Of a stretch of DNA of 60,514 nt, positions 1 to 9,183 are shown in pieces. How positions within the stretch are numbered: the first letter of the stretch is position 1; each line of letters opens with the position of its first letter. Source of the DNA: a virus (Duplodnaviria; Caudoviricetes); the IMG/VR virus record IMGVR_UViG_3300042890_002482, positions 1 through 60,514 of that record, one strand, 5' to 3'. Made by a program: the position numbers and the translations under genes. The notes beneath the pieces are model-generated. The model saw only the letters and a list, made by a program, of their open reading frames with translations, ran no database searches and was not told the origin of the DNA.

Positions 1-1
1 T

Positions 2-1672
2 GGTATCAACGATTCATCAAAAACACAATGGCTTTCTAAGTACTGCCACTACCACTCATTGAACGAATCAGCTGGTGCTTACAACTCTCTAGCAGTTGTT
101 AACGGTATGGGTTCAGTTCAACCTCCTGTATTCCCTCAGGCAACTCAGGCTTCTTCATTAGGTGGACTTTCTCCTAACCAAGGATTCTACAGCTCAACAT
201 GGCAAGGTTCTGGTGACAAATTCCCATCTCTTCTTCCTTTGGCAATTCAAGTTGCTGCGAAGACAGTTGGATTTGACATCGTTCCAGTTATTCCTATGTC
301 TGGTCCTTCAGGAGTTCTTTCTTACCTAGACTACGTTTACGCAGGTGGTAAACTTTCTCCGAATTCTAACCAGGTTGGAAATACAGCTGCTGAAGCTCTA
401 GCAGTTGCTCCTACTATGATCAAAGTTCCTTTGGCTACTGGAGCTACTGGTACAGGAAACACCTCTAACACTTTCGTAGTTGGTACTACCTACACCATTA
501 CCTCGGTTGCTTCAGCTTCTGCTGTTATAACTGGAGCTTTTGTTGGTTATTCTAGAATTGACGGGTATCCGATTTTCAAAATCATTACCATCTCAGCTGG
601 TGAAACTGTTGCTTATGTAGTTACTGCAGGAGCTGCAATTACCGGAACTGGTTCTAGTGGTGCAATCACTGCGTATGCTTACGGAGTTGCTCAGCTAGTT
701 AAGGCTCTAGAAGATCACATCCAAGGTTTCTCTGGTGCTGGTTTCTATGACAACCAAAACTTCCAAGGTCCTTATGTAAATGGTCAATCTACTTACAACC
801 CAATGTTGAGATCAGTTGCGGAAAGCACTTACTACAACTCAATGGGTCTAACAACCTTCACTAAGTTCGTTGAGGCTGACACTTTCCAAGTTGCTGCTTC
901 TGTAACAACTGAGCAAATTCAAGATCTTAACAAGCAGTTCGGTATCGATGTTATCTCTATGATCGAGAACGCACTTGTTAACGAGGTTTCTCAGGCTATC
1001 AACAAGCACATCTTGTCAAGAGCATTCCAACTAGGATGGTCTAACAACGTTAACTTCAACGCTATCGAAGGTCAGAACTTGAACCTAAACCTAGTTCTAG
1101 GTGGTGCTACTGGTTCTACTAACGGTTTGGCTTACATGGATAAGACTGACAGCTTAGCTTACATGACACTTCCAGCAGGTCCTGCTAACGGTGGTTACGA
1201 GAACTTGTCTACTCTTCAGAGAAGACTATTCTCTAGAATCCTAGCAGCAGCTAACGTGGTAGCTAACAGAGGTAGAAGAGGTCCTGCTAACTTCATCGTA
1301 ACTAACGCTAACCTAGCGTCTGCGATGCAAGATATCAGCCAATTCACTTTCGCTCCATTCTCTAACACCCTTACTCAAAACAACGGAACTCTTTACCCAG
1401 TTGGTTCTCTAGCTGGTATGACTGTATATGTTGATCAAAACATGCAATACAGCGACACAAGAGTTTGTGTAGGTAGAAAAGGTGGTGATGACGAACCAGG
1501 TCTTAAGTTCATGCCTTACATGATGGCGGAGTCAATCCAAACCATCTCTGAAGGTACTATGTCTCCTAAGATCGCAGTTAAGAGCAGATACGCACTAGTA
1601 GAAGCAGGTTTCAACCCAGAAACTCTTTACTTCACTTTCTTCGTAAACGTTCCTACTGGCGGATTGAACTAA
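2..1672 (+). CDS. Major capsid protein, T4 gp23-like (5'-truncated by the window edge)
   Basis: The frame is open back to base 2 (GINDSSKTQWLSKYCHYHSLNES...), so TTG at 59 is not the true start. gp23-type motifs: FDIVPVIPMSGPSG, TTEQIQDLNKQFGID, RRGPANFIVT, FMPYMMAE...MSPKIAVKSRYAL. Codon use looks biased as for a highly expressed gene, and a terminator follows. Confidence 0.93.
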   Translation, partial: GINDSSKTQWLSKYCHYHSLNESAGAYNSLAVVNGMGSVQPPVFPQATQASSLGGLSPNQGFYSSTWQGSGDKFPSLLPLAIQVAAKTVGFDIVPVIPMSGPSGVLSYLDYVYAGGKLSPNSNQVGNTAAEALAVAPTMIKVPLATGATGTGNTSNTFVVGTTYTITSVASASAVITGAFVGYSRIDGYPIFKIITISAGETVAYVVTAGAAITGTGSSGAITAYAYGVAQLVKALEDHIQGFSGAGFYDNQNFQGPYVNGQSTYNPMLRSVAESTYYNSMGLTTFTKFVEADTFQVAASVTTEQIQDLNKQFGIDVISMIENALVNEVSQAINKHILSRAFQLGWSNNVNFNAIEGQNLNLNLVLGGATGSTNGLAYMDKTDSLAYMTLPAGPANGGYENLSTLQRRLFSRILAAANVVANRGRRGPANFIVTNANLASAMQDISQFTFAPFSNTLTQNNGTLYPVGSLAGMTVYVDQNMQYSDTRVCVGRKGGDDEPGLKFMPYMMAESIQTISEGTMSPKIAVKSRYALVEAGFNPETLYFTFFVNVPTGGLN

Positions 1673-1701
1673 TCTTAATCTTTAAAGTACATTACGCTTA
1701 T

Positions 1702-1735
1702 AAAAAGCCTCTGGATTTCCAGAGGCTTTTTTTTT
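1702..1735 (+). terminator. Rho-independent terminator after the capsid gene
   Basis: AAAAA-GCCTCTGG-ATTT-CCAGAGGC followed by 9 T. Confidence 0.9.
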
Positions 1736-1767
1736 GTTGCTCTGCTAGAGGAAAAATAAACCAGAGG

Positions 1768-1775
1768 GATATATA
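1768..1775 (+). promoter_or_regulatory. Putative late promoter motif GATATATA
   Basis: The same 8-mer recurs about 15-45 nt upstream of many gene starts; it resembles the T4 late promoter TATAAATA. Confidence 0.6.
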
Positions 1776-1801
1776 CATCATAAATAACTAAATTGTAGAA
1801 T

Positions 1802-2884
1802 ATGAAATTGATACCTAATTACGATGAGTTTATCGAAACTAACCCATTAAACGGTAAAATAACCCCAGAACTTGCAGAATCTCTTGCAGAGTATTTTGCA
1901 GATCAGGAGGGAATCAGTGAATCTAGTGCTCTCGATTCGATCAAAAATACTCTTTCCAAGACCTTCCTTGGTTCATTATCCTACATCAGTATGATCGATA
2001 AGATCAGAACTGAAGTTCTGAAGGCAGAAAAAGAACTTCTTTCTAAGAGATATGCTTTCGAAGACGAGGTGGATGCGTTAAAGACTAATCTTAAGGAACT
2101 GGCTAAAACAAAAGATGCTTCGGCAAACATCTCCAAAACAGAGAGAACTATTGCTAATAAGACTAACGAGTATCAAACTTACACCAAGATGGTTAAAGCT
2201 AGGATAGAGAAGGCTCTAAAGGCTCTTGGTGATGCTATTAAAGGAAATAAAAGAAGAATGGAATACTGGGAAGCAGGTAAAGCGGAAGACGAACTTGTCT
2301 TGGCAGAATTTGAATATTCCCTTGCTAAACAGAGAGCATCTTCTTCCCCCGAAGAACTTAAAGGTATAGAAGCCGAGATTAAAAAAGCAAAAGAAGAGGT
2401 TCAAAAAGCCCAGCAGGATCTAAAAGATAAAGCTGAGGAAGATAAGAAAAAAGAAGGATCCGAGAATATCGAAGGGGTTAAAACTCTAGATAAACCATCA
2501 TCCGATTATAGACAGGCTTTAAAGAATAAAAAGGGCAGAATGGATGCAATCGCAGACATCGAGCACCAGATCATAGATCTGAAGAAAGAATTAAAGTCGG
2601 TTAGAAATGACTTTGATAGAAAGCAGATAGAGAGAAAGATTTCTGGTCTAGCCGGAACCAAGAAGGACATTGAAAATTTGGATAAAAAATCTAAGCAAAT
2701 AAAGATCATTCCTAAGCAGAGAGATTTTGAAACCATCAATAAACTTGCGAGGGAACTGGAAAAAATGGACCTGGAAAAGGATAAGGCTCATAAGAAGGTT
2801 GGATTCGATATTCCTGAATCTACTACTAAGAAAGCAGAAACTACCAGCAAGGTAAATAAGACCATAGGTAAAAAAGAAAAATAA
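1802..2884 (+). CDS. Coiled-coil protein, putative internal head/core protein; paralog of 2888..3760
   Basis: 360-aa K/E-rich helical ORF right after the capsid gene; N-terminus IPNYDEFIE is CTS-like. Confidence 0.6.
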   Translation: MKLIPNYDEFIETNPLNGKITPELAESLAEYFADQEGISESSALDSIKNTLSKTFLGSLSYISMIDKIRTEVLKAEKELLSKRYAFEDEVDALKTNLKELAKTKDASANISKTERTIANKTNEYQTYTKMVKARIEKALKALGDAIKGNKRRMEYWEAGKAEDELVLAEFEYSLAKQRASSSPEELKGIEAEIKKAKEEVQKAQQDLKDKAEEDKKKEGSENIEGVKTLDKPSSDYRQALKNKKGRMDAIADIEHQIIDLKKELKSVRNDFDRKQIERKISGLAGTKKDIENLDKKSKQIKIIPKQRDFETINKLARELEKMDLEKDKAHKKVGFDIPESTTKKAETTSKVNKTIGKKEK

Positions 2885-2887
2885 GCC

Positions 2888-3760
2888 ATGACCCTAAGAT
2901 TTTCTGAATGGGATAAGGAGTATTACTCTGTCGATGAGTCTCTAGGAGACGACATTAAAAATTGGCTGGGTAAGACCTTTGGAGGTAAGACCAAAAAGAT
3001 CGACGGAATTCTAGCAGATCTTGCATTTGCCGAAAAGGAATACGCTAAGGAGTGGGAAAAAGCCCAGACCGACATGGGCAGTCTAAAGTCTCAGATAGAC
3101 ACTGGTGAGATTTCTCCCGAGGAAGAGAAAGACTTTAGAAAGAAAATTAAAGAGCACCAGGCTAATCTTGCTAATCTAATGAGAAGAAAAACTCAGAAGA
3201 TTAGAAGTCTAAACGACCTAGCAATGAAGACGGTAGAAGGAAATTCTAGACTTCATAAGTATTGGGATCTGAAGAAGGCGGAAGCCGAACTTGAGGTGGT
3301 TGAGAATTTATATAAGATTTCAAAAGGTCTTCCTGATAAAAAACTAGAAGACGATCTTTACGACCAGTATAGAAAAGCATACGATAGATTAAAGAACAAG
3401 GAGAAGGGAGCAGAACCGATGGTTAAGAAGGAAAAGCCTGAGACCGGCGAGGAAAAACCAGAAAAGGACGTCGAAACACCTAAGATCGGAAGAATTATAT
3501 CCATGAGTCTTTCTGAATTTAAAGACGAGATTAAAAAATATTCTCCGGAAGGGGTTAGGACCCTACACCGTGCTCTGATCGACCAGAAGAATCTAGGGCT
3601 AAATGAACTTAGATCCCTGAGAAGAACCAAAGGAAAGGAGTTAGACAGAGCCTCTTCGAAGGAAAAGTCCGAAATTATGAACAGATTCAACCCTAAAATC
3701 TACGAGATCGGGGAGAAAATAGACAGGATTAGAGAAAAAATTAATCATATAGATGGATAA
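2888..3760 (+). CDS. Coiled-coil protein, putative internal head/core protein; paralog of 1802..2884
   Basis: Shares the blocks DDIKNWLGKTFGG and GNSRLHKYWDLKKAEAELEVVE with the preceding ORF. Confidence 0.6.
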   Translation: MTLRFSEWDKEYYSVDESLGDDIKNWLGKTFGGKTKKIDGILADLAFAEKEYAKEWEKAQTDMGSLKSQIDTGEISPEEEKDFRKKIKEHQANLANLMRRKTQKIRSLNDLAMKTVEGNSRLHKYWDLKKAEAELEVVENLYKISKGLPDKKLEDDLYDQYRKAYDRLKNKEKGAEPMVKKEKPETGEEKPEKDVETPKIGRIISMSLSEFKDEIKKYSPEGVRTLHRALIDQKNLGLNELRSLRRTKGKELDRASSKEKSEIMNRFNPKIYEIGEKIDRIREKINHIDG

Positions 3761-4028
3761 TGTAATAACTAAATACGAGGATTTCCTTTTTGAAGCAGAC
3801 GGGATAAACACCCAGATTCAGCAGACCAAGATTGAGATCTCTAAAGTTCACGACGAGATTCAAATCGCGAGGGACGAAAAGGTGAAGAAGCCAAACGACA
3901 TCAATGCAGAGATAGACAGTATCAAAAAGCAGGCTGCAGCTTATGGTAAGCTTACCCCTCTTCTAAACACTCTTGCAACCCAATTAACTCAGAAGTCCCA
4001 GGAAAAGGGATCTGAAAATATCTACTAA
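3753..4028 (+). CDS. Small coiled-coil protein with CTS-like N-terminus
   Basis: Begins MDNVITKYEDFLFEA; overlaps the upstream stop (translational coupling). Confidence 0.6.
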   Translation: MDNVITKYEDFLFEADGINTQIQQTKIEISKVHDEIQIARDEKVKKPNDINAEIDSIKKQAAAYGKLTPLLNTLATQLTQKSQEKGSENIY

Positions 4029-4032
4029 GTAT

Positions 4033-6459
4033 ATGACACCGAAATATTTAAATACCAACCCAATCGCAAGAAGAATGTCTCTAGAGACGCTCAGAATATT
4101 CGAGAATGAATCGGTTGACGAGTTGATGCAGAAGATGTCGACCTCTCTTTTTGATATCTTCAAGAAGGTAGTAGTTGACTTTGCTCCTGCAAAACAGAGA
4201 AAGATGCCTACCGTTAAGGAGAAGCTGAAGGACACTGCAAACTCATCTAGCTTTAAGTCTCTAGTTGCTAAGATGAAAGACTATGCAAAAGAAACAGATC
4301 TAGATCATGCTGGATTTGCAGACGTTAAAGACATGTACATCGACGGGATGGAACAACTTGCGGATTCGATCAAGAGGGCTATCGAAATTGATCCAAAGCT
4401 AGAAGACAAGGTTATCAAATACTTCCAGGCTAGAACTTCAAAATATGCACAGGCCCTAGAGCATGCATACAAAGAAGAGAAGGAGGAGAATGAAGCACTG
4501 AACGAATCTTTCCACCTAGGACTTAGAGGAAGAGCACACGCTCTTAAGAACAGACTTAGAAAAGTTCTCATCCCCGAGGCTACTGGAAAAACAGCAGATA
4601 ACGGATATGGCAGAAACTGGCAGAGAATCTTTAGCGAACTTGATCAGAAGTTATCTTCGATCGACCACAAGAAAGAAATTTCCAACGACAAGGAAAAGAA
4701 AGCAGTAAAAGATCTGGAAGCTCAGACTGATAAATTATCTAAAGAATTCTACACATATTGTGTTAGAGCAACAGAAGCTCCTTTCAAGAAGATACTTTCT
4801 GACGACGAGATCTCCAACAAGTTCTCTGATGTTAGAGACATTGCTTCTGCTGCATTAGATGTAATTACTAGAGCGACCGTTGAGGAGTCTAACGTTGAAG
4901 ACGAGATGAGAGAAAAGGCAGAAGGACACGATAATAAAGTTACCTCTCTGGTTTTCCCTATCAAAATAGGTGACGACGATTCGGACAAGAAATTTAAGGG
5001 TTCTTTAATTATTGCCAACGTTCAGAAGGCACTGATGAATTCTTTCCCTCCAATCAAAGACATGCTTGCAAGAAGAGGCGGAGCAGACGGTAAGTTTACC
5101 CCTGCATTTTCAGTTGCAGTTAAGTCTCTACAGGGAGTTTTAGGAAATAAAAACGTCAGCGGTGAACTGGATAGAGCACTGTTGGACACTATTCTTGATG
5201 CAGATAAGATCTCTAAATCTGATAAAGAGACGATTGCAGATAGTTTGGATATCCTAAGAAAAGAGTATGTTAACGAGAGTCATAGAGTTCTGGGAGAAAA
5301 ATCTTCAGAATCAACTGTTCTAAGAGCTTCACAGTTCTTTGGAGCAACCAACGAGGCTGCAATTCACATTGATGCAGACAAACTTGCTAGCGAGCTCGAG
5401 AAATATGAGAAAGACCTTTCTGAGCCAGAAACTTCTAGAGGAGGCAGATCTGCCCTTGGACACGGAGATAGATCGGACAACACAGACCAGGCATATGAAC
5501 TTGCTAAACTTCTAAGAAGCAAAGGATTTGTAAAAGGAGCGGAGGAAGAGACATTTTTAAGAGAGGACGGCACGCTCAGAGCTTCGTACAGCCCGGAGTT
5601 TATGATCGCATGGACTAAGACCGCAGAGGAAGCTAAAGAAGGGGACCTACCTCTTTATTTCTGGGTTGATTTCAAGGGAAGTAAGATCGATGGTCTATAT
5701 GCAGCTAAGAGGTTAATGACCAATGCAAAAAGACCTGCTAATTGGCCCAAGTGGAAAGAAATCATCGGAGACATCGACGAGGAAGACGTAAAAGACTTTT
5801 CAGAATGGTACACCAGCTACTACTCAAACTTCGGAGGTATCGACGGGGATGCTTTAACAGCCCTAGCTAAAAGCCTATTCTCCCACAACAGGGATCAAAA
5901 GGAGGAGAATTCTAAGACTTACGACAGACTATACTCTCACTTCGGAACCAAGGGATATAAATCAAATTACATTTCTGCGGAAGGTATGGAAGCCCTAAAA
6001 TCTGCAGCCATCAGAGGATCTCAGATGGAAGAGAAGATTCAGGATCTGACCGAGTCTGATTTTGGTCTACTCGCTAACTTGATAGCATTTAACGCTACCA
6101 CTTTCACCTACGATAAAAAGAAAGATAAATTCGTTCCTGTACTACAAGTTCTGATGGACGAAGTTCTAACGGACGGAGAGCTTAAAGAATTAGAATCTGA
6201 GGAGGTATTAGGTTCCACCGAACCTTCTGAGGACTATGTTGCAATCCTAGATAAAAAACAGGGAATTAGAAAGGCAAATAAACAGGACTCTGGATCTAAA
6301 GAGGGAAGAAATAAAAGTGTTTTCGAGCAGAACTTAAAGAGAGCTAAAGAAGTTCATCTTCCAGCAGTCGAGAGACAGGTTGCAAGAATGAACGCTAAGA
6401 CTTCAGACGATCTCTCTAGAGGAGAATCCAAAGGAATTTACATCGTTCCAACTGAATAA
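4033..6459 (+). CDS. Large putative internal virion protein with a peptidoglycan-binding (PG_binding_1-like) domain
   Basis: 808 aa; the segment IKIGD...VQKALM...GADGKFTPAFSVAVKSLQGVLG...SGELD fits the PG-binding consensus; several x-N-E sites. Confidence 0.6.
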   Translation: MTPKYLNTNPIARRMSLETLRIFENESVDELMQKMSTSLFDIFKKVVVDFAPAKQRKMPTVKEKLKDTANSSSFKSLVAKMKDYAKETDLDHAGFADVKDMYIDGMEQLADSIKRAIEIDPKLEDKVIKYFQARTSKYAQALEHAYKEEKEENEALNESFHLGLRGRAHALKNRLRKVLIPEATGKTADNGYGRNWQRIFSELDQKLSSIDHKKEISNDKEKKAVKDLEAQTDKLSKEFYTYCVRATEAPFKKILSDDEISNKFSDVRDIASAALDVITRATVEESNVEDEMREKAEGHDNKVTSLVFPIKIGDDDSDKKFKGSLIIANVQKALMNSFPPIKDMLARRGGADGKFTPAFSVAVKSLQGVLGNKNVSGELDRALLDTILDADKISKSDKETIADSLDILRKEYVNESHRVLGEKSSESTVLRASQFFGATNEAAIHIDADKLASELEKYEKDLSEPETSRGGRSALGHGDRSDNTDQAYELAKLLRSKGFVKGAEEETFLREDGTLRASYSPEFMIAWTKTAEEAKEGDLPLYFWVDFKGSKIDGLYAAKRLMTNAKRPANWPKWKEIIGDIDEEDVKDFSEWYTSYYSNFGGIDGDALTALAKSLFSHNRDQKEENSKTYDRLYSHFGTKGYKSNYISAEGMEALKSAAIRGSQMEEKIQDLTESDFGLLANLIAFNATTFTYDKKKDKFVPVLQVLMDEVLTDGELKELESEEVLGSTEPSEDYVAILDKKQGIRKANKQDSGSKEGRNKSVFEQNLKRAKEVHLPAVERQVARMNAKTSDDLSRGESKGIYIVPTE

Positions 6460-6480
6460 TAGATCTTTTAAAGAGCATTC

Positions 6481-6505
6481 AACCCCCGGAAATCGGGGGT
6501 TTTTT
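6481..6505 (+). terminator. Rho-independent terminator
   Basis: AACCCCCG-GAAAT-CGGGGGTT followed by a T-tract, downstream of the 1802-6459 block. Confidence 0.85.
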
Positions 6506-6507
6506 GT

Positions 6508-6535
6508 GGAACTTTCTGACCGTATATTTGTAAAA
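6508..6535 (+). promoter_or_regulatory. Putative bipartite promoter GGAAC-N17-GTAAAA
   Basis: Similar elements at 11790-11817 and 11855-11881; all precede non-structural genes. Confidence 0.35.
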
Positions 6536-7086
6536 TGTCTAACATGTTAGTAATCTTTGAAGGCGCTCGAAACTCCGGCAAAACACATCTTGCTCAGAAA
6601 GCTGCTGAGCACAATAATCTTCCCCTTTATAAATTCGAGTTTGTTAAATGGTTTAATGAACTTGGTCTTTTAGACAACTCCAAGGAATCACACCTATTTG
6701 CTCTGGGTAAAGAACTCCAACTCCTCCAAGCAAACCGAGACGGGATCTTACAACCGATCATTCTAGATCGAGGTTTCTTAACCGTTTTAGTCTGGGGTGT
6801 TTTGTCCAATCGAATCACCTATGAAGATGCAATTCAACAGCTGGACAGCATCGTCAGTTCAAGACTTCTAGAAAATTGCAAGGTCTACTATATTCACGGG
6901 AACAATCCAAACAAGTCCGACCGAAATAAAGACAACTGGGATTTTAGAGACAACACTTCAGACGAAAAGCACCTGTACGAGAAGTTCATTCAGTACATCT
7001 TAGAGACCTATCCCTCCTTTGACAACTTTTCTATCTATTCGTTCGAAAACAAATTCGACGAGACCTCTATAATTACAGAACTATAA
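6535..7086 (+). CDS. P-loop (deoxy)nucleoside monophosphate kinase, thymidylate-kinase-like
   Basis: N-terminal Walker A VIFEGARNSGKT and the IILDR motif of the dNMP kinase fold; the start may be Met at 6544. Confidence 0.75.
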   Translation: MSNMLVIFEGARNSGKTHLAQKAAEHNNLPLYKFEFVKWFNELGLLDNSKESHLFALGKELQLLQANRDGILQPIILDRGFLTVLVWGVLSNRITYEDAIQQLDSIVSSRLLENCKVYYIHGNNPNKSDRNKDNWDFRDNTSDEKHLYEKFIQYILETYPSFDNFSIYSFENKFDETSIITEL

Positions 7087-7089
7087 TAT

Positions 7090-8490
7090 ATGTGTGGAAT
7101 CCTATTAACGCTTGACGGTTCTGAGGCCAGTCTAAATTCAATTAAACATAGAGGAATAGAAAGAACAGTGGTCGAGAAGTCCGGCGTGTTCCTGTGTCAC
7201 CATAGGCTCCCTATCCAGACTGCAGACGGAGACGACTGGAATCAACCAAAAGAGATTTCACCTGGCATCTTTTTGATGTTCAACGGGGAGATCTTCAACT
7301 ACGACAGATCCGCATATTCTTCAGATACCGATTATCTCTGCAATCTATTTAGAATGTACAGAGGTGGATCTTTTGAGATGTTCTGTGCAATGTTCGTTCC
7401 TCACGTTCAGACTTGGGACGGATTTTGGGCTATCGTTATCTACGACTCCAATATAGGGGACGTTATCTGCTTCACCGATCCGCTGGGTAAAAAACCACTG
7501 TACTACAGCGAGAAGGGAGAGATATCATCTGAGATAAAATCCTTGGCCTATAATCAGAGTCCAATCGATAGAGTCTTTATTTCGGAAGTTAAAAAGTGGG
7601 GATATAACACTGACAACAGAACCCCATATACCGACGTCAAGAGATTTCTACCGAACACGATCTACTCGTACAATCTTCAGAGTCCAGACTTTAAGCTTAC
7701 CTTCCCTGAATACTACAAACTTTGGAACTACCCAATTCCAGAATTAATTGGAAAGTCCTACGAGGATCACATGGAATGGCTTTGGACAAAGATGATCGAG
7801 TCTGTTAAGAACAGACTGATTTCTAAAAATTACCCAATCTCTCTTCTAATCTCCGGAGGCCTAGATTCCTCTATCATTGCAGCAATTCTGGAGGGGACTG
7901 ATTCTGATGTCACCTGGTACAGCATAGAAAACGGGGAATCTGAATTTGTTAATCTGCTAGCTGATAAGTTTGATAAGAAGGTCAACTCCCTTCAGTACGA
8001 GATGGACGAGAATCTAAATCAAGAAATCTACCAGTACTGGAACGAAACCCCTATCGACCTAGGATCCGTAGTTCCCCAGTATCATCTATTTAAAGCTATC
8101 AAACAGAACAGCGACCACCGGATAGTTCTTTCTGGAGACGGAGCAGACGAGTTGTTCGGTGGATATAAGAGAATCCACGAGTACGATTCTCAAGGTTCTG
8201 ATGTCTTTGAAGAGTTAAGCTTCTACCATCTCCCTAGATTGGATAAGATGTCTATGGCCCACACCCTGGAACTTAGAAATCCATTCCTGAACTTAGAGAT
8301 TGTGACCTTTGCACTTCATCTTCCCCTAGAATGGAGAAAAGACAAAAAGATCCTAAAGGACACTTTTGGACCTCTCCTTCCCGATGAGATCGTTAACAGA
8401 AAGAAAGCTCCGTTGAAGAATCCCGGGATCAAAGAAGATAAGCTAGCATATAGATATAAAGCGATAGATCTGTTCCTAGGGGAAAGATAA
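7090..8490 (+). CDS. asnB: Asparagine synthetase B-like glutamine-dependent amidotransferase
   Basis: N-terminal nucleophile MCGI, HRG, FNGEIFN, PP-loop ISGGLDSS, VLSGDGADELFGGY, RLDKMSMAHTLELRNPFL. Confidence 0.88.
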   Translation: MCGILLTLDGSEASLNSIKHRGIERTVVEKSGVFLCHHRLPIQTADGDDWNQPKEISPGIFLMFNGEIFNYDRSAYSSDTDYLCNLFRMYRGGSFEMFCAMFVPHVQTWDGFWAIVIYDSNIGDVICFTDPLGKKPLYYSEKGEISSEIKSLAYNQSPIDRVFISEVKKWGYNTDNRTPYTDVKRFLPNTIYSYNLQSPDFKLTFPEYYKLWNYPIPELIGKSYEDHMEWLWTKMIESVKNRLISKNYPISLLISGGLDSSIIAAILEGTDSDVTWYSIENGESEFVNLLADKFDKKVNSLQYEMDENLNQEIYQYWNETPIDLGSVVPQYHLFKAIKQNSDHRIVLSGDGADELFGGYKRIHEYDSQGSDVFEELSFYHLPRLDKMSMAHTLELRNPFLNLEIVTFALHLPLEWRKDKKILKDTFGPLLPDEIVNRKKAPLKNPGIKEDKLAYRYKAIDLFLGER

Positions 8491-8505
8491 AAAAAATCTA
8501 CAGAA

Positions 8506-8513
8506 GATATATA
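8506..8513 (+). promoter_or_regulatory. Putative late promoter motif GATATATA
   Basis: Recurrent motif, 19 nt upstream of ATG 8533. Confidence 0.6.
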
Positions 8514-8532
8514 GAACAAATAATTATTCTAA

Positions 8533-9168
8533 ATGTCTCAAATTATTAAAAAATTCTCAGATTTTCAAAGCACAAACGAAGATTTTTCTTTGAGCTCTCT
8601 GGTGTCTTCTGCGGGAGAAGGCCTAGTTGATGTTGCAAAAGGAAAGCTAACCGAGTATCTCTATGGGTATTTTGGTGTAAAACCAGAATCACTACTAGGA
8701 ACTATTTTAACCAACTTCGTTGAACAAGTTGATATTGCTGAATATCCTCAGTTCATCTCTGGTGAAATAAGCGTAAGAGATATGGCTCCTAAGCTAGCAG
8801 ATGCAACTATCGAGACTATTTCTGAAATGGGAATAGATGGAATTGCTACTAGATTCAAAGTAGAAGATAAGAACGGCTGGATCTACAGAACACTGAAAGA
8901 GATGCTTTCAAACCAAACCAGACAGGCAGATCTAAGAAAAACTCTAGTTGAGCTTTGGACTTGGGTCCTTGGTGGATCTTCTTCTGGATCTCAGAGTGCA
9001 TTTCCGAATACTGCAGGAAAGAATCCTCTGTCGGTAACCCCACAGGAAGCACAAAAACTCGCTTCTAATCCTGCGGTTCAAAGAGCAGCAGACAAATCAA
9101 ATACAAATCCAATGGATCTAATTAGCAGCCTTCTAGGGGGAACCCAAGGAAGAGGAATGGTTGGATAA
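8533..9168 (+). CDS. Hypothetical protein with CTS-like N-terminus (putative internal virion protein)
   Basis: Begins MSQIIKKFSDFQSTNED; preceded by the late motif. Confidence 0.6.
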   Translation: MSQIIKKFSDFQSTNEDFSLSSLVSSAGEGLVDVAKGKLTEYLYGYFGVKPESLLGTILTNFVEQVDIAEYPQFISGEISVRDMAPKLADATIETISEMGIDGIATRFKVEDKNGWIYRTLKEMLSNQTRQADLRKTLVELWTWVLGGSSSGSQSAFPNTAGKNPLSVTPQEAQKLASNPAVQRAADKSNTNPMDLISSLLGGTQGRGMVG

Positions 9169-9183
9169 CAAAATAATTAAACT

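Noticed and set aside
1768-1775. TATATA motifs as eukaryotic or giant-virus TATA boxes
   Set aside because: Gene content (T4-like capsid and baseplate, phoH, S1), overlapping operonic genes and Rho-independent terminators indicate a bacteriophage.
7090-8490. Gat-QueC (7-deazaguanine pathway) or lasso-peptide cyclase
   Set aside because: It has the AsnB-type GDGADE and RxPFL motifs and no QueC Cys zinc cluster. No folE/queD/queE/dpdA, lasso precursor or B protein is seen in the window.
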